Positions 38,801 to 45,943 are shown, counted from the first letter of the stretch. The stretch is 55,368 bases of DNA from a virus (IMGVR_UViG_3300047294_000129:1-55368); one strand, 5' to 3'. Numbers and translations: made by a program. The notes: a model not told the origin generated them from the sequence alone.

Positions 38801-40058
38801 CATCAGGGTACGCTGCTGCGGCCCTTGCAAATTCACCACCAGTATGCTCGCGAAAGAACTTGTCATCAAACCCCGCAGGTGGCAGCGGCGTTTTGTCGTT
38901 GCGCATGATTGACAGCGGCGACACTTTAGCTGGGGGCCTATCAAAGCTTGTGTTGCCTAAGCTTGGCTCGGTGTCATCTGCCATGCCAAACAGGCGCTTG
39001 ACCATACCACCCTTGTTCATCTGCGCTAGCCCACCCTTGCGGTATCCAGACTTTTGCATTCTGGTCAACAGGTCTTCGGTGAGCAATTGCGTTGGGTCGT
39101 TTTTGGTGTAGTCCATCAACGTTATGTCGCGGCCCTTCTCTGCTTCCTTGGCTGCTTTGAAGTCTTCGAACACTGAAGCAATCGGCGTGGGCAGGTAGTT
39201 CACATCCAGATCTTCGCCCGTCAGGATCTTGGGGTAGTCGCTGTGCAGGTCAGGCCTGTCAATGACGTTGTCGTCCAAGCGGAACAGCCTGTTGCCTAAG
39301 TCGAGCGTGCCAGCCTTCGCCATGTTGGGGTCAAGGTTCTTCTGGAGCAATTCTTCCATCGGAACCGTGCGGCCCTTCTCGCCACCTACACCACGGCCAG
39401 CAAAGATGTCAGCCATCAATGCGCGTTGGTCGTAAGTCTTAACGGCCTTGCGGAAGTTGCGCGAACCTAAGTCAATGCCGTTGGGAAAGATCAAGCGGCC
39501 ACTGTTGTCCCTTTCACTGCTAGCGCGGTCACTTAGCTTTTGAATATCTTCAGCGGACAAGTTTTTACGGTTGTTGGCAAAGATGTCAGCGAACTCAGCG
39601 AACATGGTGGAGTTGGACTTGTGCTGCTCGAGTCCACCAACTGAGGGTGTCCAGATAACCTTTGCGCCCTTGGGCACCTGCGCCTTGTTGCGGTTGATGA
39701 GGCGTGTTGCCATCTTCTGGTCGGTCACACCAGCCACGGCCCGAGCCTGCGCATAGTCTGGGTCAATGAGTTGGATGCCCGAGAAGCCGGGGCCTCCAAA
39801 CTTCCCCTTCGACAGATCCACCTGCATGCGGTCGTAGAAGATGGGCTTGATGTACTGGCCCTCGTACTTGCCATACGCCTCTGAGGCCTTCACTGGTGGC
39901 CTGCTCGCCTCGTAAGTTTTGCGCTTGGCCTCTAGCTGATTCTTATCCAGCTTCGCCGCCTTATCAGCGGCCATCTCTGCACGCACTTCGTCGGCCAATG
40001 ACATGATGGCTGATGGCTTACTGTTCGCAGCTTTGGCAAGTGGTCTAAGTTTTGACAT
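35829..40058 (-). CDS. Polyvalent protein (1409 aa) with PcfJ-like and C-terminal ADP-ribosyltransferase (ART-PolyVal-like) domains
   Basis: ESEMMGHCIAKHGYC...LQIQGHG (PcfJ-like); YYHGT...STFLSPDP.FA.GYA...VMPVYA..KKPFD...GHDA...VFNPNAIKSAIGNKGTYD (ART-PolyVal-like). Confidence 0.8.
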   Translation of the reverse strand: MSKLRPLAKAANSKPSAIMSLADEVRAEMAADKAAKLDKNQLEAKRKTYEASRPPVKASEAYGKYEGQYIKPIFYDRMQVDLSKGKFGGPGFSGIQLIDPDYAQARAVAGVTDQKMATRLINRNKAQVPKGAKVIWTPSVGGLEQHKSNSTMFAEFADIFANNRKNLSAEDIQKLSDRASSERDNSGRLIFPNGIDLGSRNFRKAVKTYDQRALMADIFAGRGVGGEKGRTVPMEELLQKNLDPNMAKAGTLDLGNRLFRLDDNVIDRPDLHSDYPKILTGEDLDVNYLPTPIASVFEDFKAAKEAEKGRDITLMDYTKNDPTQLLTEDLLTRMQKSGYRKGGLAQMNKGGMVKRLFGMADDTEPSLGNTSFDRPPAKVSPLSIMRNDKTPLPPAGFDDKFFREHTGGEFARAAAAYPDEMPRLQGEALQNRIDYLARILKGSPEYTEFATELQQLQKLKLAEEAATQFGKSQLSNYMIKKMGTPNDPIRKLAEKGITAVPRDIQRDPSKMQNRIHSPKAIKVHENRQLTGEAGLHEAGRQGQVATEAGGMMNILNDPKARLASNLEYALDSLLQPVARKNVKDATPEQMKYFKEDEMFVKPSYLDSKTSEGVGFSRMSKELQDAIIAGDIRPEQVSKISIEDLTRRVHDRDVKFEKEKELERKALASGLITHEKYEDGFAWKEFVPDKNLPEGYTVENDGKGFYVDPHGRKSIYHPGYNKLQSQLDNESEMMGHCIAKHGYCDQIWAGETRAVTLRDKKDMAHATMQIDPNGDVLQIQGHGGGDVTSRYTEYVKDYLNKGQFGRVDIGQVPGLIDTEYKLPPHFKDSDMEFRGKVISGVIRDILKQKGFNVNRFINQKERDEVRKALDQITEDDYNSYMDSRYGAGTYRLPFQTAMPQKFAKGGIIKKMLKGDKPNPPSYGSVDEMVAKVGAEGRSPIVPVPNRWFLFPDKFPNQQKLVERILATTGKRRLDFPSGAFIDPRTGQVLDANIVEDLGVVIDPKTNRPMMSSGARSEIEVLDPRTGSYTKSNLVRKGLFKPEGGDPLLNELNFIATIEKGDVGHKYGLSTEYATPTELFNTQTGANPTLRPRSRGDLFGVGDVVGRVKIGRSEPHDVYEKLFVAPKGSDVQGKKLSKAKGGLARLAGKAPEKPSAILSMADEVRAEMQAEKAASQLSAKQRMEQSLKQAAAGMTRIVPREQADLNLKDFLADSADQKKYYHGTFRDPDADKGKGFKEFRTGQADSTFLSPDPTFAGGYAGGTLMPLKPSHRKHGRFQMPTPDQYQMPTGTRVMPVYAQVKKPFDYENTEQVKALAEHLRQQGVPASQIMRDIKTINNPNESNNWMALEKGYIVRALKDLGHDAMYVKELDTKNLGVFNPNAIKSAIGNKGTYDTSKKDITQKKGGLIGAL

Positions 40059-40063
40059 GGTGT

Positions 40064-41482
40064 TTATGCTGAGTATGGGTTTACACGCGCAGGCTTTGTG
40101 TCTACAAAGTCGTCGTCATCATATCTCGGAGCGGGGTCAATGTCGAGCCACCCGCCATCCTTCAGTATGCGCAGGGCCTGTGTGGCCGTATCGACGTAGT
40201 CGTCGTGGACAGCGTCAGGGAAGGCGCAGATCTGGGCAACGAAGCCCTCGGCCCATGATTTGACGTAGTTGGGCTTTGTCTCGGACTCGGGCAGCCAGAC
40301 GCGGCCAGCGGCGATGATGGCGGCGACGATTTGCAGGCGTTGCATCTTGTCGGCGCGGCCCGGGTTGTAGGCCCTACAGGGTAAACCCGCACGCGCTAGC
40401 TCTTGGATCAAGCTTATGCCTGCGGCCTTGTCCTCAATGATCATCATGTCTGGCCGCTTAGCGTCACGCCCTTCGCCATACGCGGTCTGGAACTCATCAA
40501 TGGCCCGTGGCTTGAGGTCTGGGAAGCTCAGGTGCTCAGCCCACGCGTCGATCAGCAGCACGGACATAGGGCCATCCAGCGGCTTGAACACGCCCCACAC
40601 GGTGCAGGCAGTTGGGTCGTTGTGGGTCTTCTCTGAGAACGCGCAGTCCAACGACATGACGATGTATTCGAAGTTGGGGAACGGGTTTGGGTGGCCGTCT
40701 GCTGTGTACGCTGGGTACAGGTTGAACATGTCCCTGCTGACAACCTTGCCCTCTTCCAAGTCAACAAGCTCGCCCAGCACCTCTTGGTTGTACAGCTTGG
40801 TGCCTTTGTACTGCTCGAGTCGGTCGGTGAACGTGCCTGCCAAGTTGCTGATGTTGGCATAGGTCGATGCGCGATCCACCACCACGTCAACACCCTCGCG
40901 GGCCACAAGCTCGAGGATCAGATCCTTTGGCTTAGGCGTTGTGGTCGCAATGACGCGAGGCGCAGTGCCAAGGCGCAGGCCAAACGTCATCATGTCCCAT
41001 GCGTCTTTCAGGTGCTCGAATGCGGCTAGCTCATCACACCACGCAAAGTGAAACTGCGGGCCACGCAGGCGCTCGTAGCTGTCTGCGCTGATGCCGCGAA
41101 TAGTTGACCCGTTCGTCAGGGTCAGCAGGTGATCTTGCTTGTTGTAATCAACCAGTAAGCTTTCGGGTATCACGGCCAACAATCCGCTCTCGCCCTCGAT
41201 GCATGTGTGCTTGATGTCGTTTGATGTAGGGGCCAATACCAGTGAGCGGCTGTTCGGGTGAATCCATGCCCACCACCACAATGTCTCAGCAGCACATCGG
41301 GTTTTCCCTGCACCCCTGCCCGCCAACAGCAGCCACACGGCCCAGTCAAGCTCTAGGTCAGGCGGGATCTGATGCGGGTGGGCGCTGGTGACCCATTCCA
41401 AATGTTTGACAATTGCAAGCCTCTCGAGCGAGGAGCGCGTCTCGAATTCCGTGGCCGTGTCGCTGTCAAGCAGTTCCAGCAC
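40064..41482 (-). CDS. terL: Terminase large subunit (472 aa)
   Basis: Walker A AGRGAGKT, LRGPQFHFAWCDE Walker B, TTTP, RNase H DCAFS...HDDYVD. Confidence 0.95.
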   Translation of the reverse strand: MLELLDSDTATEFETRSSLERLAIVKHLEWVTSAHPHQIPPDLELDWAVWLLLAGRGAGKTRCAAETLWWWAWIHPNSRSLVLAPTSNDIKHTCIEGESGLLAVIPESLLVDYNKQDHLLTLTNGSTIRGISADSYERLRGPQFHFAWCDELAAFEHLKDAWDMMTFGLRLGTAPRVIATTTPKPKDLILELVAREGVDVVVDRASTYANISNLAGTFTDRLEQYKGTKLYNQEVLGELVDLEEGKVVSRDMFNLYPAYTADGHPNPFPNFEYIVMSLDCAFSEKTHNDPTACTVWGVFKPLDGPMSVLLIDAWAEHLSFPDLKPRAIDEFQTAYGEGRDAKRPDMMIIEDKAAGISLIQELARAGLPCRAYNPGRADKMQRLQIVAAIIAAGRVWLPESETKPNYVKSWAEGFVAQICAFPDAVHDDYVDTATQALRILKDGGWLDIDPAPRYDDDDFVDTKPARVNPYSA

Positions 41483-42062
41483 GGGTCTTCATCTCTAGGT
41501 TGCGAATGATGTCAAACAGGCGCGTGGTCGTCAGGTCTTCGGTCTTGATGGCTGCCCCACCCTCTACGCCTTCAATGGCTACGCGGTCGCCATACTTGGT
41601 TGGGTGGAACTTAGCCAGCAGCTTCAGGCGGGTTTCAATCTGAAGCTTGCGGTGGCCTAGCATGTCTTCGATGGTGGTGGTCGCCCCTTCATCGCTCATT
41701 ACCTGCTTCTGACCAAACTGGGGCGTGTCAGCAATCAGCAAGCATTCTTCAGCCAGCGCGTCGTAGCCAATGTCGCGTGCGCGTGCGATGGATGCGGATA
41801 ACGCGGGATCCTTACCCATCCAATCGTAAACCGTACGCCATGCTGGGAACCCGTCGTTCTCTCTGCATATCTGGCGTAATGGAACGCCTTCGCTTAATTG
41901 CTCACAGATGATGCGGGCTATCTCTGGGTCGTATTTTGATGGTCGGCCAGTCTTGCGTGGCGTTTGGGGCGTTTGTTTGTGTGTGACGCTACCTTGGGCC
42001 TGTGTCTTGGCCTTTGGTGCCTTGGCGGGCTGTTTGGCAGCCTTGGTGATGGTTTCTGGCAT
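41466..42062 (-). CDS. terS: Terminase small subunit (Sf6-like, 198 aa)
   Basis: GRPSKYDPEIARIICEQLSEG.PLRQIC...TVYDW...RKLQIETRLKLLAKFHPTKYGDR. Confidence 0.9.
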   Translation of the reverse strand: MPETITKAAKQPAKAPKAKTQAQGSVTHKQTPQTPRKTGRPSKYDPEIARIICEQLSEGVPLRQICRENDGFPAWRTVYDWMGKDPALSASIARARDIGYDALAEECLLIADTPQFGQKQVMSDEGATTTIEDMLGHRKLQIETRLKLLAKFHPTKYGDRVAIEGVEGGAAIKTEDLTTTRLFDIIRNLEMKTRAGTA

Positions 42063-42136
42063 AACCCGTAATCCCTGCGTGAGTGAGCGAATGAACGTGA
42101 GTGTATTCGATTCGCTTTAAGTTCGCCAGTGCAGTC

Positions 42137-42219
42137 TGTTGGTGGCTCCCATAGGGCAGGGTGTGGGCGCAATTCAACAACGAAAGAAACCCAGCGGGGC
42201 CAATCCGCTTCCACCAACA
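42137..42219 (-). ncRNA. Putative structured RNA closed by a 9-bp terminal stem
   Basis: TGTTGGTGG/CCACCAACA terminal stem enclosing an AGCGG..CCGCT hairpin and GGG/CCC stems. Confidence 0.35.
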
Positions 42220-42220
42220 A

Positions 42221-42317
42221 GCATGGGGACTACTGGAGGGAGTCGAACCCCCGATAATCCATACCTCGTTTCCGAAGCGGCTGCTGCTACCACTGGCTCC
42301 ATCAGCAATCCCCATGC
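42221..42317 (-). ncRNA. tRNA-like RNA without an anticodon (long terminal helix, T-arm, GNRA-capped arm)
   Basis: GCATGGGGATTGCTG/CAGTAGTCCCCATGC 15-bp stem; AGTGGTA D-loop-like; CTTCG-GAAA-CGAGG; GGGGG-TTCGACT-CCCTC T-arm. Confidence 0.55.
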
Positions 42318-42321
42318 GTTT

Positions 42322-42398
42322 TGGTTGCGCGGGAAGGATTTGAACCTTCGGCCCTTTGGGTATGAACCAAGCGCTCTACCAAACTGAGCTACCGCGCA
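42322..42398 (-). tRNA. tRNA with CAT anticodon (Met, initiator-like acceptor stem), encoded CCA
   Basis: TGCGCGGTAGCTCAGTTTGGTAGAGCGCTTGGTTCATACCCAAAGGGCCGAAGGTTCAAATCCTTCCCGCGCAACCA folds as a 77-nt cloverleaf. Confidence 0.92.
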
Positions 42399-42407
42399 AG
42401 TTTTATT

Positions 42408-42779
42408 TTACACAACAACCAAACGCCTGTCTATCGCTTTTATGTACTCAATCATGCGGGCGCTGTGCTCCGCGCTCTTATCGTCCACGTACGAAATCTG
42501 CGCAAGCAGGTCTTCGCGGTATTTTGGCAACCCAGCATCAGGCACGGCCTGAACCATGATGCTAGCCTCCAACTGGATATTGGGTGCCAATGGCTTTTTG
42601 TCCCACGACACCAAGCTCTTTTCCTCTTTGGCATACAAGGCAATGTACTCTGACGTGCCATCTTCAAATTCAATATCGAAATGTCTGACATAAAAAATAT
42701 CGCCAGTCATTTCTCGGTACTGCTCTTTGATGCGGTCTTGCACAGAAACTACGCGGTGCATGCTGATTGATGTGTACAT
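42408..42779 (-). CDS. Hypothetical early protein (123 aa)
   Basis: Preceded by the AACAGCGAAGG RBS module. Confidence 0.75.
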   Translation of the reverse strand: MYTSISMHRVVSVQDRIKEQYREMTGDIFYVRHFDIEFEDGTSEYIALYAKEEKSLVSWDKKPLAPNIQLEASIMVQAVPDAGLPKYREDLLAQISYVDDKSAEHSARMIEYIKAIDRRLVVV

Positions 42780-42810
42780 GAGGGTTTTCCTTCGCTGTTA
42801 ATTTAAGGGT

Positions 42811-43026
42811 TTATTGGGATGCTTTGGTTTTTTTCTGCAAGGCCAGTTGCCGTTCGCGCAATGCGTCGATCTCGGCCCACAGCTTGATGTAGTAGGGGTC
42901 GTCGGTTGGCAGGTCAGGGTGCAGCGCCAGCGTGTCGTGGCAGTCAAACAAGGCGCGACGGCAGGTGTGCCAGTCGTACTCTTTGACCTTGTTGGTAAAG
43001 ACTGCGTGATGGCTCCCGTAATTCAT
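42811..43026 (-). CDS. Hypothetical protein (71 aa)
   Basis: ATGA overlap with the upstream gene; YYIKLWAEIDALRER. Confidence 0.7.
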   Translation of the reverse strand: MNYGSHHAVFTNKVKEYDWHTCRRALFDCHDTLALHPDLPTDDPYYIKLWAEIDALRERQLALQKKTKASQ

Positions 43027-43622
43027 GCTGCCACCTCTTCCAACTGCTTGACAACCTTTGGACGCTGGATAACGGTTTGCTTGACACCGTTGCGCACGCC
43101 GTGCTCTTTGACCGTGGCGATGATGGTCGCGGTTTCACCCTTTTGAGGAAAGCCATTGGCATTACCTTTATAGATGATGGCGTTTTTGTCAGCGTCTTCG
43201 CAGATGTTGATCCACACTGTGCCAAAGCTGCTTTCAAAGCTGATGGTGTGGACGCAGGTCAAAACCAGCGTGACCTTGGCTCCAACCTCGCCAACGTGTA
43301 CGCGGTCAGCGTCCAACGCGGCTTGCTTGCTGGCCCACTCTGCCTTGCGTGCAGCACGGGCATCAATGCCCTTCAGGACGGCCTCAGACTGCTTTGGCGT
43401 AAGCTTGCCATAGGTGTCAAGGGCAAAGGCCATAGCACCAGCAAAACCTTCTTTGTAGGTTGCGGCACCCCTGCCGTTGTAATCGCGGGCCTCGTCAACC
43501 GCGTCAAGGATTTCATGGGCACGCGGCGTGCTCGCCAACCACGTCTTACGTGCGTTGTGAATGATGTTGCGTCTACGAGCGGCGGCATAGGCCTCTGGGT
43601 ATTCAATGTGAGTTTCTGACAT
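43023..43622 (-). CDS. Hypothetical protein with OB-fold-like C-terminus (~199 aa)
   Basis: Start MSETHIEY after the RBS module; YGKLTPKQ and GEVGAKV...ATVKEH...KQTVIQRPK. Confidence 0.75.
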   Translation of the reverse strand: MSETHIEYPEAYAAARRRNIIHNARKTWLASTPRAHEILDAVDEARDYNGRGAATYKEGFAGAMAFALDTYGKLTPKQSEAVLKGIDARAARKAEWASKQAALDADRVHVGEVGAKVTLVLTCVHTISFESSFGTVWINICEDADKNAIIYKGNANGFPQKGETATIIATVKEHGVRNGVKQTVIQRPKVVKQLEEVAA

Positions 43623-43666
43623 TTCGCTTTTCCTTCGCTGTTGATTGGGGCCGAAGCCCCGTTGGT

Positions 43667-43954
43667 TTAATAAGTGTAAAAGCCTTTGATTGCGCCAATG
43701 TAACCACCGTTGTGGGTCGAGCGGCGGAACAACTCTGTGTAGTCCAGTGCGCCAACCCAACGGCCCCATGCTGGGTTGAAAAACACCACGTAGCGAGGCG
43801 CGTTGCCTTCGCGGTCAAAGTATTTTCCAGCGGCAGCAGCAGCAGCAGCAGTGGCTTTTTCTGCCGCTTCCTGTGTTGCGTAGTTCTTGCAAGGCTGCTT
43901 GTTTGTAGCACGGTACTCTTCGATGCGGGCTGTGAGTGATTCGATGATGTTCAT
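43667..43954 (-). CDS. Hypothetical early protein (95 aa)
   Basis: Preceded by promoter and RBS module; followed by a GGGGC-TTCG-GCCCC hairpin. Confidence 0.75.
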   Translation of the reverse strand: MNIIESLTARIEEYRATNKQPCKNYATQEAAEKATAAAAAAAGKYFDREGNAPRYVVFFNPAWGRWVGALDYTELFRRSTHNGGYIGAIKGFYTY

Positions 43955-43977
43955 TTTAATTTCCTTCGCTGTTTGTT

Positions 43978-44019
43978 GAATGAGGCTTTATCTTAGCACA
44001 CTTTAATCCGAGTCGGTTT
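43978..44019 (-). promoter_or_regulatory. Early promoter module A: CCGACTCGG palindrome plus extended -10 (TGcTAAGAT)
   Basis: Repeated with identical spacing at 45348-45389. Confidence 0.7.
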
Positions 44020-44050
44020 TACATTCCCATACAACTTTGCGGGTTATTTT

Positions 44051-44410
44051 TTAAAGCTGCAAAAGGTGCTGGTTAGGGTTAGCGCGGTACAGCATGGAAA
44101 CCCACTGTGTGACGCTGCCGCTATGGTTGTGCGCCTGAGTTGGCTCGACCTTAGCTATGGGGTGTATCCAACCCAGCGTACGCAGCGCACGTACACCAGA
44201 CACCCAAACGTTAGGGTGAAGCGTTGACGGTCTGCGCAGGCCCTTACTGGCGCAAAACTGCCTGAATTCGTCACCAGTAAGGATCGACTTTTGCATCAGC
44301 AACTCTTCGGCACAAGCAAGGTACTGCTCGACAAATGCAGGCTCAGCAGCAGAGGCTTTTTTCCAGCAAAGGTTTGCCAGTTTGATGGCGTTATCCATTC
44401 TTGAATTCAT
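44051..44410 (-). CDS. Hypothetical protein (~119 aa)
   Basis: GGAG RBS before MNSRMDN; LRRPSTLHPNVWVSGVRAL. Confidence 0.7.
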   Translation of the reverse strand: MNSRMDNAIKLANLCWKKASAAEPAFVEQYLACAEELLMQKSILTGDEFRQFCASKGLRRPSTLHPNVWVSGVRALRTLGWIHPIAKVEPTQAHNHSGSVTQWVSMLYRANPNQHLLQL

Positions 44411-44420
44411 GAAAGCTCCC

Positions 44421-44442
44421 AAAAAAGGGGGCCAAAGCCCCC
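44421..44442 (-). terminator. Intrinsic terminator after DUF932
   Basis: GGGGGC-TTTG-GCCCCC followed by T6. Confidence 0.75.
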
Positions 44443-44459
44443 TACCTTTTGCACTTGAC

Positions 44460-45320
44460 TTATGCGGCCACCAATTCCTCGATATCCACCACGTTTTGCT
44501 TGAGCTTGGCAAAGCCGTCAGCCAAGGCCCACAGGGACTGGTTTAAGCGCACGTTCTCGCTCACGCCTGACACTGCCTTGGTCGTCAGCCTGCGGCCCGT
44601 TCTAGCGCGTCCTGCCACGCCGCCTTTGATCAGGTTTTCCTGCACCACGTTAAACGTTGTCCACAAGTCATTGCCACGGTCGGCCCAACGGCTAGGGGTG
44701 AGCACGCTGTCTGCGGTTACAGGCGTAGCGTCTGGCTCCCAGCGCAAGCCCAAAGCCGCGTTTGCAAACAGGGTCTGCTCGTCGCTGGTCAAAGACAGGC
44801 TCTTGTAATCGCCAACGCGGGACTGGGCCACTTCCAAGTCGCTAAGAATGCGTGTGGCACCCTCGATGACGTTGTCCACCACGTTGCCGCTGTGGCGTAC
44901 ACGCACGTCGTTTGTGATGTCGCCAGCGATCAAACCGTTGGAGCAAACAAAGCGGAAAAAGCCGCTCAGCAATTGGTATGACGATGAACCGTCGTGGCTG
45001 TTAAGCAGCACGATCTCGCCCACTTCGCCCTTGCTGGTCACGTCAACGGTGGAGTGGTGGCGCAGGCGTACCAAGTGCTTGGTGTGCTCGCGGCGGGTAA
45101 TGTCACGCACTAAGGTCTGGCGAACCTCAAAGGGGAAAAAGCCAGCTTCACGCAAGCCATCGATGACCTTGATGGTGGGGATGTGGGTGTAGCGCTCGGA
45201 GACGCGGTCGTGTGGGGCCAAAGCGGTCACGCTGGGTGCGTAATGCGCAATTTGTTCGTTGCTCAGAGGAGTCTGGCTACGCAAAGTCTTTTGGGCTGAT
45301 GAAGTTGCAAAACGGTACAT
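44460..45320 (-). CDS. DUF932 (YubP-like) family protein (286 aa)
   Basis: SERYTHIPT...EHTKHLVRLR...LLNSHDGSSSYQLLSGFFRFVCSNGL...DLWTTFNVVQENLIKGG...LNQSLWALA. Confidence 0.88.
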   Translation of the reverse strand: MYRFATSSAQKTLRSQTPLSNEQIAHYAPSVTALAPHDRVSERYTHIPTIKVIDGLREAGFFPFEVRQTLVRDITRREHTKHLVRLRHHSTVDVTSKGEVGEIVLLNSHDGSSSYQLLSGFFRFVCSNGLIAGDITNDVRVRHSGNVVDNVIEGATRILSDLEVAQSRVGDYKSLSLTSDEQTLFANAALGLRWEPDATPVTADSVLTPSRWADRGNDLWTTFNVVQENLIKGGVAGRARTGRRLTTKAVSGVSENVRLNQSLWALADGFAKLKQNVVDIEELVAA

Positions 45321-45347
45321 GATGATTTCCTTCGCTGTTAAAAAAAT

Positions 45348-45389
45348 GAATGAGGCTTTATTGTATCAGAGTTTAATCCGAGTCGGTTT
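45348..45389 (-). promoter_or_regulatory. Early promoter module B: CCGACTCGG palindrome plus extended -10 (TGaTACAAT)
   Basis: Copy of 43978-44019, 1370 bp away. Confidence 0.7.
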
Positions 45390-45681
45390 CTTTACCCGAC
45401 TTGTCTTTAGAGCTATACCGAATTCGGTCGAGCGCCTCGGACAACGTCAGGCCAATGCGGCTCAGGCTGTCAAGGTGGGTAAGCGTGTGGTCTGCTCCGT
45501 CGTCGAACGCTTTTTCGTAAGCGGTCTTTTGCTTGCGCAAGGGAACGCACGGCTTGTGGGTTTCGATGAACGCGGCCATCTGGGCATCCACATGGGCAAA
45601 CGTACCCATCTTGATTTGGGCCTTGTATCCACAATGGCGGCACGACATCATGGTGCCCGTTGATTCGATATGGTCAGACAT
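45373..45681 (-). CDS. Hypothetical protein with CxxC (~102 aa)
   Basis: GGAGG RBS; MSDHIES...CRHCG...HKPC. Confidence 0.7.
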   Translation of the reverse strand: MSDHIESTGTMMSCRHCGYKAQIKMGTFAHVDAQMAAFIETHKPCVPLRKQKTAYEKAFDDGADHTLTHLDSLSRIGLTLSEALDRIRYSSKDKSGKETDSD

Positions 45682-45929
45682 TAACGCACCTCCACAAGGC
45701 CAGCGTCCACGAGCGCGTGAATCTGGCGCTGGTAGTAGCCCTGCAAGCGCCATACAACGCCCGTGTCGAGCAAGTGCTGCCATGCGGCCAGCGCCTCTTC
45801 TTCGGTGCTCTCAACGTCGCCCTCAATGATGCTGATAGCGTCGTACACGCTGATGGTGGCGGCTTGCTTTGTGTGCATGAGGGCCTGTATGTCGGCCTCC
45901 ACTGCTTTGTTGAATTCTTGTTGGTTCAT
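45681..45929 (-). CDS. Hypothetical protein (82 aa)
   Basis: AWQHLLDTGVVWRLQGYYQR motif; AGGAA RBS. Confidence 0.75.
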   Translation of the reverse strand: MNQQEFNKAVEADIQALMHTKQAATISVYDAISIIEGDVESTEEEALAAWQHLLDTGVVWRLQGYYQRQIHALVDAGLVEVR

Positions 45930-45943
45930 AATCGTTTTCCTGA

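Noticed and set aside
5-41643. Many plus-strand ORFs in the track (e.g. 5..442, 7508..8017, 15026..15604, 33488..34039, 37587..38129)
   Set aside because: They are antisense shadows of long, motif-bearing minus-strand genes and have no recognisable motifs; only 34123..34437 was kept.
42221-42317. Second canonical tRNA or tRNA pseudogene
   Set aside because: No 7-nt anticodon loop or CCA end, and the intact 15-bp stem argues against simple decay; reported as a tRNA-like ncRNA instead.
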